From the NCBI RefSeq assembly GCF_964204645.1, contig NC_134026.1, positions 17,890,150 to 17,954,149 on the forward strand: a DNA stretch of 64,000 nucleotides. The letters are read 5' to 3'. Origin of the DNA: Tubulanus polymorphus (lineage: Eukaryota > Animalia > Nemertea). A model generated the notes under the pieces. It did no database searches. It was not told the origin of the DNA and worked only from the letters and a program-made list of their open reading frames with translations. Positions within the stretch are counted from its first letter, which is position 1. Each line of letters opens with the position of its first letter. Of this stretch, positions 54,545-64,000 are shown piece by piece. Both the position numbers and the translations under genes were made by a program.

Positions 54545-55700
54545 GTAACAGTTGTATGAATTTGTATGTGCTATGTTCTGCAGAGTCTGCCAAACATTAA
54601 GACTTTTTTCTTTGATATTTGCAAATATGTGTGGGTTGGTTTCCCAGAATTGAGCATTTGTGCCTCTCCTATTAAGGATTTCAATTGTGGCTTGCATATC
54701 TCGAGTTGAAGGATGTACACATGTTTGTTTTGCTTTCCCTGTGTTTCAACTAGTTCCATTCTGAAAAGAATATGATGGAGAATAATAAAGAGACTTCTTA
54801 AAAATATGTTCTATTGCAATGTATGATTAAGTATGATAACTAACTGATCTATTAGTTTCTTTTCTATGTCGGATAAGCACCATGTAATGTCATCATTTAT
54901 TGGTAGTCTCCAATTTTTGCTCCCTTCATAGACATCTCGCTTAAGAACTCCGATTTCACTGCTTCTTAGTTGAATATTAACACCCTCTGTAATGTTGCTT
55001 CAGCGTGTGCCTTGAAAGTTGCTGGATGTGGATCTTTTTTTCAAGTTGGTCTTTGTGCTTTTGCATTTTTACATCAAAATGATTCATCTAGGAGATTGAA
55101 TCATTTGATGTGGGAAGGAAGGACATTCTATTAAAGCTTTGTGTATTCAGTGTGGCGAGAGCAATGCTGAATATTTTGTCTGACCATTCACTTAGATGAA
55201 GCTTGATGTAGGCATCAAGGCATTTGAATGTGTTGTCATCGCCACTCATTCCTCTTTTAATTTCTGCACATTTTATCAGGTGATTACCAATTCTGAGTGC
55301 GCAGCTAGGTATCTCAAATACATGAATCTGTTCAGAGTTTCTTATGTGTCATGCTTCTTACACTGCGCATTCTTTGGCAGACATCTGCTCTTCTTGGGCT
55401 CTTCCTAATTTTTCTATAAGTATCCCTTTAAAGGAGCAAACTCTGCAGTGTCTCCAAAGCTCTTGTACAACAAAAAATTTAAAACAAAAAATACATGGCA
55501 GGAAATCATTGTTTCTTGAACCTGAATGACGTCTTGCTGCAATGATATGCCTTTCACCTGTTGCTAAAACCTAGATGTTCTGTTTGAAATTTCCCATGTG
55601 TTTCAATTTTGCAAAATGAGGGTTTGCTTCATTTTTAATCTTCCTTAGCAAGAGCCAGAATGCAGAATCATTGGAGTGCTGGCTGATGTGGTGATTTTGT
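54545..55700 (-). pseudogene. Decayed tyrosine-recombinase-type (Crypton-like) gene fragment, present in every array unit
   Basis: Minus-strand peptides across frameshifts: KLKHMGNFKQN..VL, ARR..NDFLPCIFCFKF..ELWRHCRVC, PSCALRIGNHLIKCAEIKRG, SEWSDKIFSIALATL..FN..LP, AEATLQRVLIFN, VETQGKQNKHVYIL, NPHIFA. These follow, in order, the motif series I recall for the PTHR33480-type YR proteins of animals. Confidence 0.7.
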
Positions 55701-56713
55701 TTTTCGATATTTATAGAGTTCCTCAAAAAAGTAGCATGGAAATAGCTTGTTATAAAGTCGCTATTATTTTGATGTTCTTGCAGTGATTGTACTCTCGGCC
55801 CTATAGAAATTGAAAGGTGTATATAATCTTAAATCCCCCTGGTTATCGAAAGGGTATAAGTGCTTGAAGCTTGCTAAATATTTTTCTTTGTCTGTTAATA
55901 TAAGTTGTCTTTCACTGAGTGATGGCAATTTTCTTCAACATTTCGAGGATAGTTGTACATTTTTTGCTTGGAGATAGGTGAAAATGCTAGGCTAAACAAA
56001 CGAAAAACCATTCAAATGAATGTAAACACAGATTGTGGCATTATTTCACGATATTCCTCTTCTGTCATTACTGTTTGAGACCTAAGTGCCTCTTCTAGTT
56101 AGTTGTCTGCACTACCATCAGTATCACATCTCTAGATAGATCTATTCCAATATTGGTATCAGAACCTCGGTTGCTCACTCACTGATCAACTATGAGGAAG
56201 TGTTTAATTGTCCGACTTCTGTAATACGTCTAACCCGCACTTGCCTGTTGTTATCGGCCACCGTGTGGTCCTCCAAATCTGATTACCTAAATCACCGATA
56301 CCGACAACAAAATACAAAACGCAAACACTGGAATAAAATACTACTCAATATATATATATGTCTATTATTGATAAGGAAGTTACTCAAATTATCAAATTAT
56401 CAGACAGAGAAAAATAAGATCAAATTACTCAATTATGTCAAATTACTAAACTCAATCAAAGACTTCAAATAATTAGAATTAACTAATGCATATTAAATTC
56501 ATTCATTAAACAAAGTCTAGAACGAATAAAATGATACCACGAATCTCTTGACGAACCTTCCTTGCTGCTGACGATCTTCCGAGGTTATGATTCAAATAAT
56601 TCCACGACGCAAAAATACGAACTCAGATACAGAGACACAGAAACACTGTCAGTTTTTATAAAACCCCCATGATTAGAAAAATTTTGATACCAGGACTTGA
56701 ATTAGTAACAGTT

Positions 56714-56811
56714 GTATGAATTTGTATGTGCTATGTTCTGCAGAGTCTGCCAAACATTAAGACTTTTTTCTTTGATATTTGCAAATATGTGTGGGTTGGT
56801 TTCCCAGAATT
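56714..56811. repeat. 98-bp direct repeat, left copy flanking the GC-rich segment
   Basis: Identical by eye to 58822-58919. It is part of the normal array unit. Confidence 0.9.
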
Positions 56812-56996
56812 CCACCGACTCTGCCCCTCCCGAGGCCAACCTGACGGTCAGGGGCCTCATCTCTAATGCCATCTGCTATAAATACCAAAGCAACCCCCTG
56901 CTCAAAAGGCGCCTGCGCACTGCGCTGAAGGAAGTCTTAATTGGCGGGCGAGAGTTGCGAAACCGCATGGCCGCGCGGAACCAGCCGCAGGTATGA
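56812..56996 (+). CDS. 3' fragment of an unknown gene (..TDSAPPEANLTVRGLISNAICYKYQSNPLLKRRLRTALKEVLIGG..QV*)
   Basis: Open frame from the junction to TGA at 56994-56996, with mostly C/G third positions. Converges on the 505-aa ORF. Confidence 0.5.
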
Positions 56997-57016
56997 GCGC
57001 CCCCTCCCCTTGGCGA

Positions 57017-57076
57017 TTAAAAAAAAAGGATCTGAAGCGGGCACCCTTACGCGCTCTTAGATTTTTTTTTTTTTTT
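57017..57076. terminator. Candidate bidirectional 3'-end signal: A9 run, imperfect hairpin, T15 run
   Basis: attaaaaaaaaaggatctgaagcg...cgctcttagattttttttttttttt lies in the 89-bp gap between two convergent stop codons. Confidence 0.45.
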
Positions 57077-57085
57077 GCACGCCAA

Positions 57086-58603
57086 TTACATGGGCTTGTG
57101 CGGCAGCTGCTGCGGTGACGGCGACAAATTTGGGGCAGGTCCCTGCGCAACTTCCTCGGGAGTCGGCGGGCGATTGCATGCATCGACGCGGCTAAGCAGG
57201 TGGTTCATGGCATTCGTGTTCTGAATTTCACCCTCGAGCAAAAGCGTCTGCTGCACAAGTGCCTCAACAAACTGAGAAATGCGCAGGTGATCTCCATGGG
57301 CGCGCTGCTTAAGGCCCTGCCCATCGGCTGCCGCCTTCTGCTCTTCTTTTTTCTCTTGTGCAGAGGGGGGCAAAAAGGCGCGCAGGTGTTTGCCATGTGT
57401 CAGCACGTATTTGTGGATCGCGCTTTCTATGTATTCCACCAGCGAGGTGGAGTCCTCTGCTAGATAGCTCATCAATATGATCTTCGTGAGCGTGTGGGTG
57501 ATCTTCGTGGAATGCTTGTGCGGCAAAAATGCATGCATCAGCAGGGCCATGAGCTCCTTCTGCACTAGTGTCGACATGAGCTCCACAAATGTCTTTTGGA
57601 TGGGCTGACCCGCGCGCGCCTTAAAAGGGCCACTGCGCTCCAACACAAACTGTAAAAAGAACTCAACGGTCGAAGCCGAGTTAAAGAAGTAGTTCGGCAT
57701 TTCCTCGGTGCAGGATCTGTTAATGGTGTCTAGGACCATTGAGGCCATCTCCTGCGCATGCAAATTCATGCTCGAGTGATCTTGACAGCCGACCAGTTTT
57801 GTGGTCTTCACCGCGATGTCCTCTTTCAGTTTTTGCAGGACGATGATGAATGCATTGATCTCGCCGCGATTGGTGACGTCGATGGGCAGCTGGCGCATTT
57901 CATTTATGACGCGATCGGAGGAGATAATGCGGCTGGTGGAGTCCCCTGATACCAAGTGCATGATTTCATTATAGCAATTAATGGCCAAAAGGCGCTTGTC
58001 AGGATCGTCAATATTCTGAATCGATCTTTCCAGGTATTGAGGCCCAAAGCGGCTGCACACAGAGCGCGCTGCCCACTCTTCTAGCGCCTTTGTATAGATT
58101 AGCAGGGAGCCGCTGTTTTTGTGCGAGGCCATCACATGATTGCACTCAAAGATAGATCGGCGCCTGGCTTCTTCTTTCGTGTACAGGCTCAGGAAAGCCA
58201 TGAACTCGCCCAAGTCGCGATCTGCGATTAACTCATGCGGCTGCGGGCCCATTTCCTTCTGATACGATTTCTTGCTTAAGACTAGCTCGACCGCCGCGCC
58301 GCAGAGCCAATCATAGGCGGCCTGCATCGTAAAGGCCATTTCTGTTTTTTCTATAATTAAGGCGGCGCAGGCGGAGAACACTGCCCGAACGCGGCGCAAT
58401 GCCAGAGTGGACACAGTGCGATGATAGCCGCTCAGGATCGATTGCAAATAAGGCGACTGCTCGCGGCCCCTGATCTCTTCGCGCACCTTTGTGCACATTT
58501 CGCTGCAGATCAGGCCCAGCACTTGGGGAATGCGCGCAATGACCACCACATTAGAAATGGCATTATCCACAAAGGTCTCGAGCAAGCGCACTGCCTCAGA
58601 CAT
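57086..58603 (-). CDS. Uncharacterised intronless 505-aa protein, probably mostly helical with a Pro-rich C-terminal tail
   Basis: Uninterrupted 1518-nt ORF with GC-biased third positions and natural amino-acid composition. I recognise no Rep, RT, integrase, RdRp or P-loop motif. Confidence 0.8.
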   Translation of the reverse strand: MSEAVRLLETFVDNAISNVVVIARIPQVLGLICSEMCTKVREEIRGREQSPYLQSILSGYHRTVSTLALRRVRAVFSACAALIIEKTEMAFTMQAAYDWLCGAAVELVLSKKSYQKEMGPQPHELIADRDLGEFMAFLSLYTKEEARRRSIFECNHVMASHKNSGSLLIYTKALEEWAARSVCSRFGPQYLERSIQNIDDPDKRLLAINCYNEIMHLVSGDSTSRIISSDRVINEMRQLPIDVTNRGEINAFIIVLQKLKEDIAVKTTKLVGCQDHSSMNLHAQEMASMVLDTINRSCTEEMPNYFFNSASTVEFFLQFVLERSGPFKARAGQPIQKTFVELMSTLVQKELMALLMHAFLPHKHSTKITHTLTKIILMSYLAEDSTSLVEYIESAIHKYVLTHGKHLRAFLPPSAQEKKEEQKAAADGQGLKQRAHGDHLRISQFVEALVQQTLLLEGEIQNTNAMNHLLSRVDACNRPPTPEEVAQGPAPNLSPSPQQLPHKPM

Positions 58604-58666
58604 GATCCCTTGAATGAGCTGGCCCCTCTGATAATAACTAAATTGAGCGCCAATGTATTCTTAAAC

Positions 58667-58821
58667 ATGCTGATGGCATATGCTGAAATAGAAATCAGCG
58701 ACGGCACCAGCGCAGAGATCAATGAGACCTATAACCTCTTCGCGCCCGAAGAAGAGGCCTCCGATGCGAGCCTGAACATGAAGACGGCTAAAGGGGTCTG
58801 CACAATAACCAAGGCCGAAAA
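58667..58821 (+). CDS. 5' fragment of an unknown gene (MLMAYAEIEISDGTSAEINETYNLFAPEEEASDASLNMKTAKGVCTITKAEK..), divergent from the 505-aa ORF
   Basis: ATG at 58667. Purine-first, C/G-third codon pattern on the + strand. Truncated at the right junction. Confidence 0.4.
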
Positions 58822-58919
58822 GTATGAATTTGTATGTGCTATGTTCTGCAGAGTCTGCCAAACATTAAGACTTTTTTCTTTGATATTTGCAAATATGTGT
58901 GGGTTGGTTTCCCAGAATT
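58822..58919. repeat. 98-bp direct repeat, right copy
   Basis: Identical by eye to 56714-56811, then continues as normal array sequence (gagcatttgtg). Confidence 0.9.
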
Positions 58920-61900
58920 GAGCATTTGTGCCTCTCCTATTAAGGATTTCAATTGTGGCTTGCATATCTCGAGTTGAAGGATGTACACATGTTTGTTTTG
59001 CTTTCCCTGTGTTTCAACTAGTTCCATTCTGAAAAGAATATGATGGAGAATAATAAAGAGACTTCTTAAAAATATGTTCTATTGCAATGTATGATTAAGT
59101 ATGATAACTTACTGATCTATTAGTTTCTTTTCTATGTCGGATAAGCACCATGTAATGTCATCATTTATTGGTAGTCTCCAATTTTTGCTCCCTTCATAGA
59201 CATCTCGCTTAAGAACTCCGATTTCACTGCTTCTTAGTTGAATATTAACACCCTCTTTAATGTTGCTTCAGCGTGTGCCTTGAAAGTTGCTGGATGTGGA
59301 TCTTTTTTTCAAGTTGGTCTTTGTGCTTTTGCATTTTTACATCAAAATGATTCATCGAGGAGATTGAATCATTTGATGTGGGAAGGAAGGACATTCTATT
59401 AAAGCTTTGTGTATTCAGTGTGGCGAGAGCAATGCTGAATATTTTGTCTGACCATTCACTTAGATGAAGCTTGATGTAGGCATCAAGGCATTTGAATGTG
59501 TTGTCATCGCCACTCATTCCTCTTTTAATTTCTGCACATTTTATCAGGTGATTACCAATTCTGAGTGCGCAGCTAGGTATCTCAAATACATGAATCTGTT
59601 CAGAGTTTCTTATGTGTCATGCTTCTTACACTGCGCATTCTTTGGCAGACATCTGCTCTTCTTGGGCTCTTCCTAATTTTTCTATAAGTATCCCTTTAAA
59701 GGAGCAAACTCTGCAGTGTCTCCAAAGCTCTTGTACAACAAAAAATTTAAAACAAAAAATACATGGCAGGAAATCATTGTTTCTTGAACCTGAATGACGT
59801 CTTGCTGCAATGATATGCCTTTCACCTGTTGCTAAAACCTAGATGTTCTGTTTGAAATTTCCCATGTGTTTCAATTTTGCAAAATGAGGGTTTGCTTCAT
59901 TTTTTATCTTCCTTAGCAAGAGCCAGAATGCAGAATCATTGGAGTGCTGGCTGATGTGGTGATTTTGTTTTTCGATATTTATAGAGTTCCTCAGAAAGTA
60001 GCATGGAAGTATAGCTTGTTATAAAGTCGCTATTATTTTGATATTCTTGCAATGATTGTACTCTTGGCCCTATAGAAATTGAAATGTATATATAATCTTA
60101 AATCCCCCTGATTATCGAAAGGGTATAAGTGCTTGCAGCTTGCTAAATATTTTTCTTTGTATGTTAATATAAGTTGTCTTTCACTGGGTGATGGCAATTT
60201 TCTTCAAAATTTCGAGGATAGTTGTACATTTTTTGCTTGGAGATAAGTGAAAATGCTAGGCTAAACAAACGAAAAACCATTCAAATGAATGTAAACACAG
60301 ATTGTGGCATTATTTCACGATATTCCTCTTCTGTCATTACTGTTTGAGACCTCAGTGCCTCTTCTAGTTAGTTGTGTGCACTACCATCAGTATCACATCT
60401 CTAGATAGATCTATTCCAATATTGGTATCAGAACCTCGGTTGCTCACTCACTGATCAACTATGAGGAAGTGTTTAATTGTCCGACTTCTGTAATACGTCT
60501 AACCCGCACTTGCCTGTTGTTATCGGCCACCGTGTGGTCCTCCAAATCTGATTACCTTAATCACCGATACCGACAACAAAATACAAAATGCAAACACTGG
60601 AATAAAATACTACTCTATATATATATATATGTCTATTATTGATAAGGAAGTTACTCAAATTATCAAATTATCAGACAGAGAAAAATAAGATCAAATTACT
60701 CAATTATGTCAAATTACTAAACTCAATCAAAGACTTCAAATAATTAGAATTAACTAATGCATATTAAATTCATTCATCAAACAAAGTCTAGAACGAATAA
60801 AATGATACCACCAATCTCTTGACGAACCTTCCTTGCTGCTGACGATCTTCCGAGGTTATGATTCAAATAATTCCACGACGCAAAAATACGAACTCAGATA
60901 CAGAGACACAGAAACACTGTCAGTTTTTATAAAACCCCCATGATTAGAAAAATTTTGATACCAGGACTTAAAAATTAGTAACAGTTGTATGAATTTGTAT
61001 GTGCTATGTTCTGCAGAGTCTGCCAAACATTAAGACTTTTTTCTTTGATATTTGCAAATATGTGTGGGTTGGTTTCCCAGAATTGAGCATTTGTGCCTCT
61101 CCTATTAAGGATTTCAATTGTGGCTTGCATATCTCGAGTTGAAGGATGTACACATGTTTGTTTTGCTTTCCCTGTGTTTCAACTAGTTCCATTCTGAAAA
61201 GAATATGATGGAGAATAATAAAGAGACTTCTTAAAAATATGTTCTATTGCAATGTATGATTAAGTATGATAACTTACTGATCTATTAGTTTCTTTTCTAT
61301 GTCGGATAAGCACCATGTAATGTCATCATTTATTGGTAGTCTCCAATTTTTGCTCCCTTCATAGACATCTCGCTTAAGAACTCCGATTTCACTGCTTCTT
61401 AGTTGAATATTAACACCCTCTGTAATGTTGCTTCAGCGTGTGCCTTGTAAGTTGCTGGATGTGGATCTTTTTTTCAAGTTGGTCTTTGTGCTTTTGCATT
61501 TTTACATCAAAATGATTCATCTAGGAGATTGAATCATTTGATGTGGGAAGGAAGGACATTCTATTAAAGCTTTGTGTATTCAGTGTGACGAGAGCAATGC
61601 TGAATATTTTGTCTGATCATTCACTTAGATGAAGCTTGATGTAGGCATCAAGGCATTTGAATGTGTTGTCATCGCCACTCATTCCTCTTTTAATTTCTGC
61701 ACATTTTATCAGGTGATTACCAATTCTGAGTGCGCAGCTAGGTATCTCAAATACATGAATCTGTTCAGAGTTTCTTATGTGTCATGCTTCTTACACTGCG
61801 CATTCTTTGGCAGACATCTGCTCTTCTTGGGCTCTTCCTAATTTTTCTATAAGTATCCCTTTAAAGGAGCAAACTCTGCAGTGTCTCCAAAGCTCTTGTA

Positions 61901-62069
61901 CAACAAAAAATTTAAAACAAAAAATACATGGCAGGAAATCATTGTTTCTTGAACCTGAATGACGTCTTGCTGCAATGATATGCCTTTCACCTGTTGCTAA
62001 AACCTAGATGTTCTGTTTGAAATTTCCCATGTGTTTCAATTTTGCAAAATGAGGGTTTGCTTCATTTTT

Positions 62070-63793
62070 GGTTTACCTTTGTCAGCGATATGATGTTGGC
62101 ATTGAGCCAATTCATGTAAAATCGCGGTACGTTTTTTTATGTGAGCATTTGTTTCATTGGTTCTCGGCTTAAAAGACGTATAATCGATGCGATTGAAGAC
62201 ATGGCGAATCTCCGTCGATGACATGGTCAATTGAGTTAAAATTCTACGAAAAACTGTTTTTGGCGGGAAAATTCTTAGCTCTCACGTATAAAATTGCAAT
62301 GACCTCGATTGGGGGGGCGTTGTCTCTACGAACAAATGGGATTGTTTTTTGGATATACGGGGAATTCCGGCGCTACTAAAATTATGGGAAAGCCATAGAA
62401 TGGTGTACGTTTCATTGGACTAGGTGCCGTATACGTGCCGATTTCAAATGCTCATTGCTGGTGAGGATGTAATTATTTCACTCATCTGCCATAGGTATTG
62501 TTTCATTTTAATACCCGGTGATTGTTTTGATTGACATTGAGGTGTAAGCGAATATTCACTTACACGAGGCCTCCACATGCACGCGGAGTGCTACACCACA
62601 CACACACACACACACAAGCTCGTACAGTACACTACGGTGATGCTGTAACGCGTGAACGTTTGATATGAAAATAGGCTGAATAATCATAGCAGAAGATGAG
62701 CGCTGTGTTTTCTGTTCGATAGAATTTGTAATAAATTGTAATTTCTTGTGACCTGAAAATACTAAGCAGCAAACTAAAAGGTCTGTCGAGGTCTGAATAT
62801 TGTAGTGGTAAATTCCAGGACTTAAAACGATCTAATAGCCGATTTCTTCTGTACCACCGATATTTTAGCTTCCGTGGCCAACATTGGAAGAGGTTTCCAA
62901 GACCCAATATTCAGCCACCCTCTGATATGTGATGAATTTTAGGCCATCCCAAAATAATGGTCTGTTTGCCGTAACCCGACCAACCTGACTTCAGAGGTAC
63001 CGAGTGAAAACTTTTTTCTAGGATTCATTGAAATAAATTTTATTTTTGATAAAAACAGCCGACCGACTATGAGCTACGTATGTTTGAATTCTAGTGTGCA
63101 TGGTGTGAAAACATGCCTTGACATGTGGCCTAGTTTAAGTTTCCAGGAAACTGGCAGTGTTCCAATAAGCTGCCATTCATTCTAATAGTGACTAAAGTGA
63201 CTGAATAGCTGGTAACGTGAAAGCGCGCACATATTCAATGTACCGTTTCATTTTTAAGACAGAGATGACGCTCTGGACGAAGTTATAATTTTAGAATAAT
63301 TCTTGAAATCTACGCTATTAGACAAATTTCCTGTGCGCAACGTAGATGATTTTTTGCGATATTGTTTCCATGTAAAAAAGCCCAAAGGTGAAAAAATTTT
63401 TTTTTTTTGCCCAAAAATTTTGCAAAAAAAAATTCTACCTACCTACCGACTCATCCTGAAAAGTTGAGTCGGTGTTGCAGCAAACAGACAATTATTTTGG
63501 GATGGCCTTATTTGAATATTTTTTCATATTATATTAAACATATTTTTTTGAAAATATAAAATAGTTTCCCTGCCGTGCCTACCTGTACCCTACAAACTTT
63601 TAGACGTGGACCGCAAACAAATGTATATCTTTGGTCTTATTTGACTACAAAATAATTCTTTAGGAAAGATAAAATACAATATAAACTGTGGATCTTTGAA
63701 GTCACGAATTAAAAAGATTTTTCAAGCAATGCCCTTACTCCAAACAACCTCTAGCTTTCAAGGTAAACCACACTTTGCCCATGGGCAATTTAT
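62070..63793 (+). mobile_element. Non-autonomous Helentron/HINE-like element inserted in an array unit
   Basis: Splits the unit at ttcattttt|atcttccttagc. 5' ggtttacctt is mirrored by subterminal aaggtaaacc (~63760-63769), followed by palindrome ttgcccatgggcaa and T-rich end. Confidence 0.75.
62942..63507. mobile_element. PIF/Harbinger-type MITE nested in the Helentron-like insert
   Basis: TIR ggccatcccaaaataat(g/t)gtctgtttgc with tta TSD on both sides. Confidence 0.85.
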
Positions 63794-64000
63794 TTATCTT
63801 CCTTAGCAAGAGCCAGAATGCAGAATCATTGGAGTGCTGGCTGATGTGGTGATTTTGTTTTTCGATATTTATAGAGTTCCTCAGAAAGTAGCATGGAAGT
63901 ATAGCTTGTTATAAAGTCGCTATTATTTTGATGTTCTTGCAATGATTGTACTCTCGGCCCTATAGAAATTGAAATGTATATATAATCTTAAATCCCCCTG

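Larger units (their letters stand above)
56812..58821. other. 2010-bp GC-rich foreign (virus-like) segment within the tandem array
   Basis: Abrupt compositional shift at both junctions, near-complete coding density, no introns, no similarity to the array unit. Confidence 0.85.
52088..64000. repeat. ~2.16-kb tandem macrosatellite (about four copies, running off the window), interrupted by two inserts
   Basis: Landmark gtatgaatttgtatg at 52429, 54554, 56714, 58822, 60987. The same short ORFs recur at 53039, 55196, 59464, 61629. The first copy is more diverged. The unit resumes at ~63794. Confidence 0.95.

Noticed and set aside
57086-58603. CRESS-DNA Rep, retroviral or transposase protein, or RdRp
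   Set aside because: No HUH/RCR motifs, Walker A, YxDD, DDE spacing or GDD context that I can recognise.
57200-58603. Overlapping ORFs 57200-57463, 57758-57949, 58311-58496 and the first part of 58421-58921
   Set aside because: Shadow frames of the GC-rich 505-aa gene, with His/Arg/Ala-rich antisense-type composition.
53039-61962. Repeated + strand 61-70 aa ORFs in the 2.16-kb array as a functional gene family
   Set aside because: They lie antisense to the decayed recombinase remnant and recur only because the unit is repeated.

Overview
AT-rich animal genomic DNA, probably a marine invertebrate judging from the CR1, Helentron/HINE, hAT, Harbinger, MULE and EnSpm repeat content. It holds one conserved host gene: a 23-coding-exon ARMH3 (C10orf76) orthologue on the + strand at 8747-22993, which I spliced by hand to 695 aa. 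The rest is a nested transposon and satellite landscape. It includes a near full-length but frameshifted CR1 LINE, a 9-kb Harbinger element with nested MULE and hAT inserts, a 5.6-kb EnSpm/CMC-type element, several MITEs and HINEs, and short satellites. From about 52.1 kb to the window end runs a ~2.16-kb tandem array whose unit is a decayed tyrosine-recombinase (Crypton-like) gene fragment. The most unusual feature is one slot of that array (56812-58821), occupied by a 2010-bp GC-rich, intronless, gene-dense foreign segment. It carries an unrecognised 505-aa ORF, two truncated opposite-strand ORF pieces that join in frame if the segment is circularised, and an A9/hairpin/T15 intergenic signal, and it is bracketed by a 98-bp direct repeat. 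It looks like a virus-like or circular element captured in the array. An assembly chimera or contaminant cannot be excluded from sequence alone.
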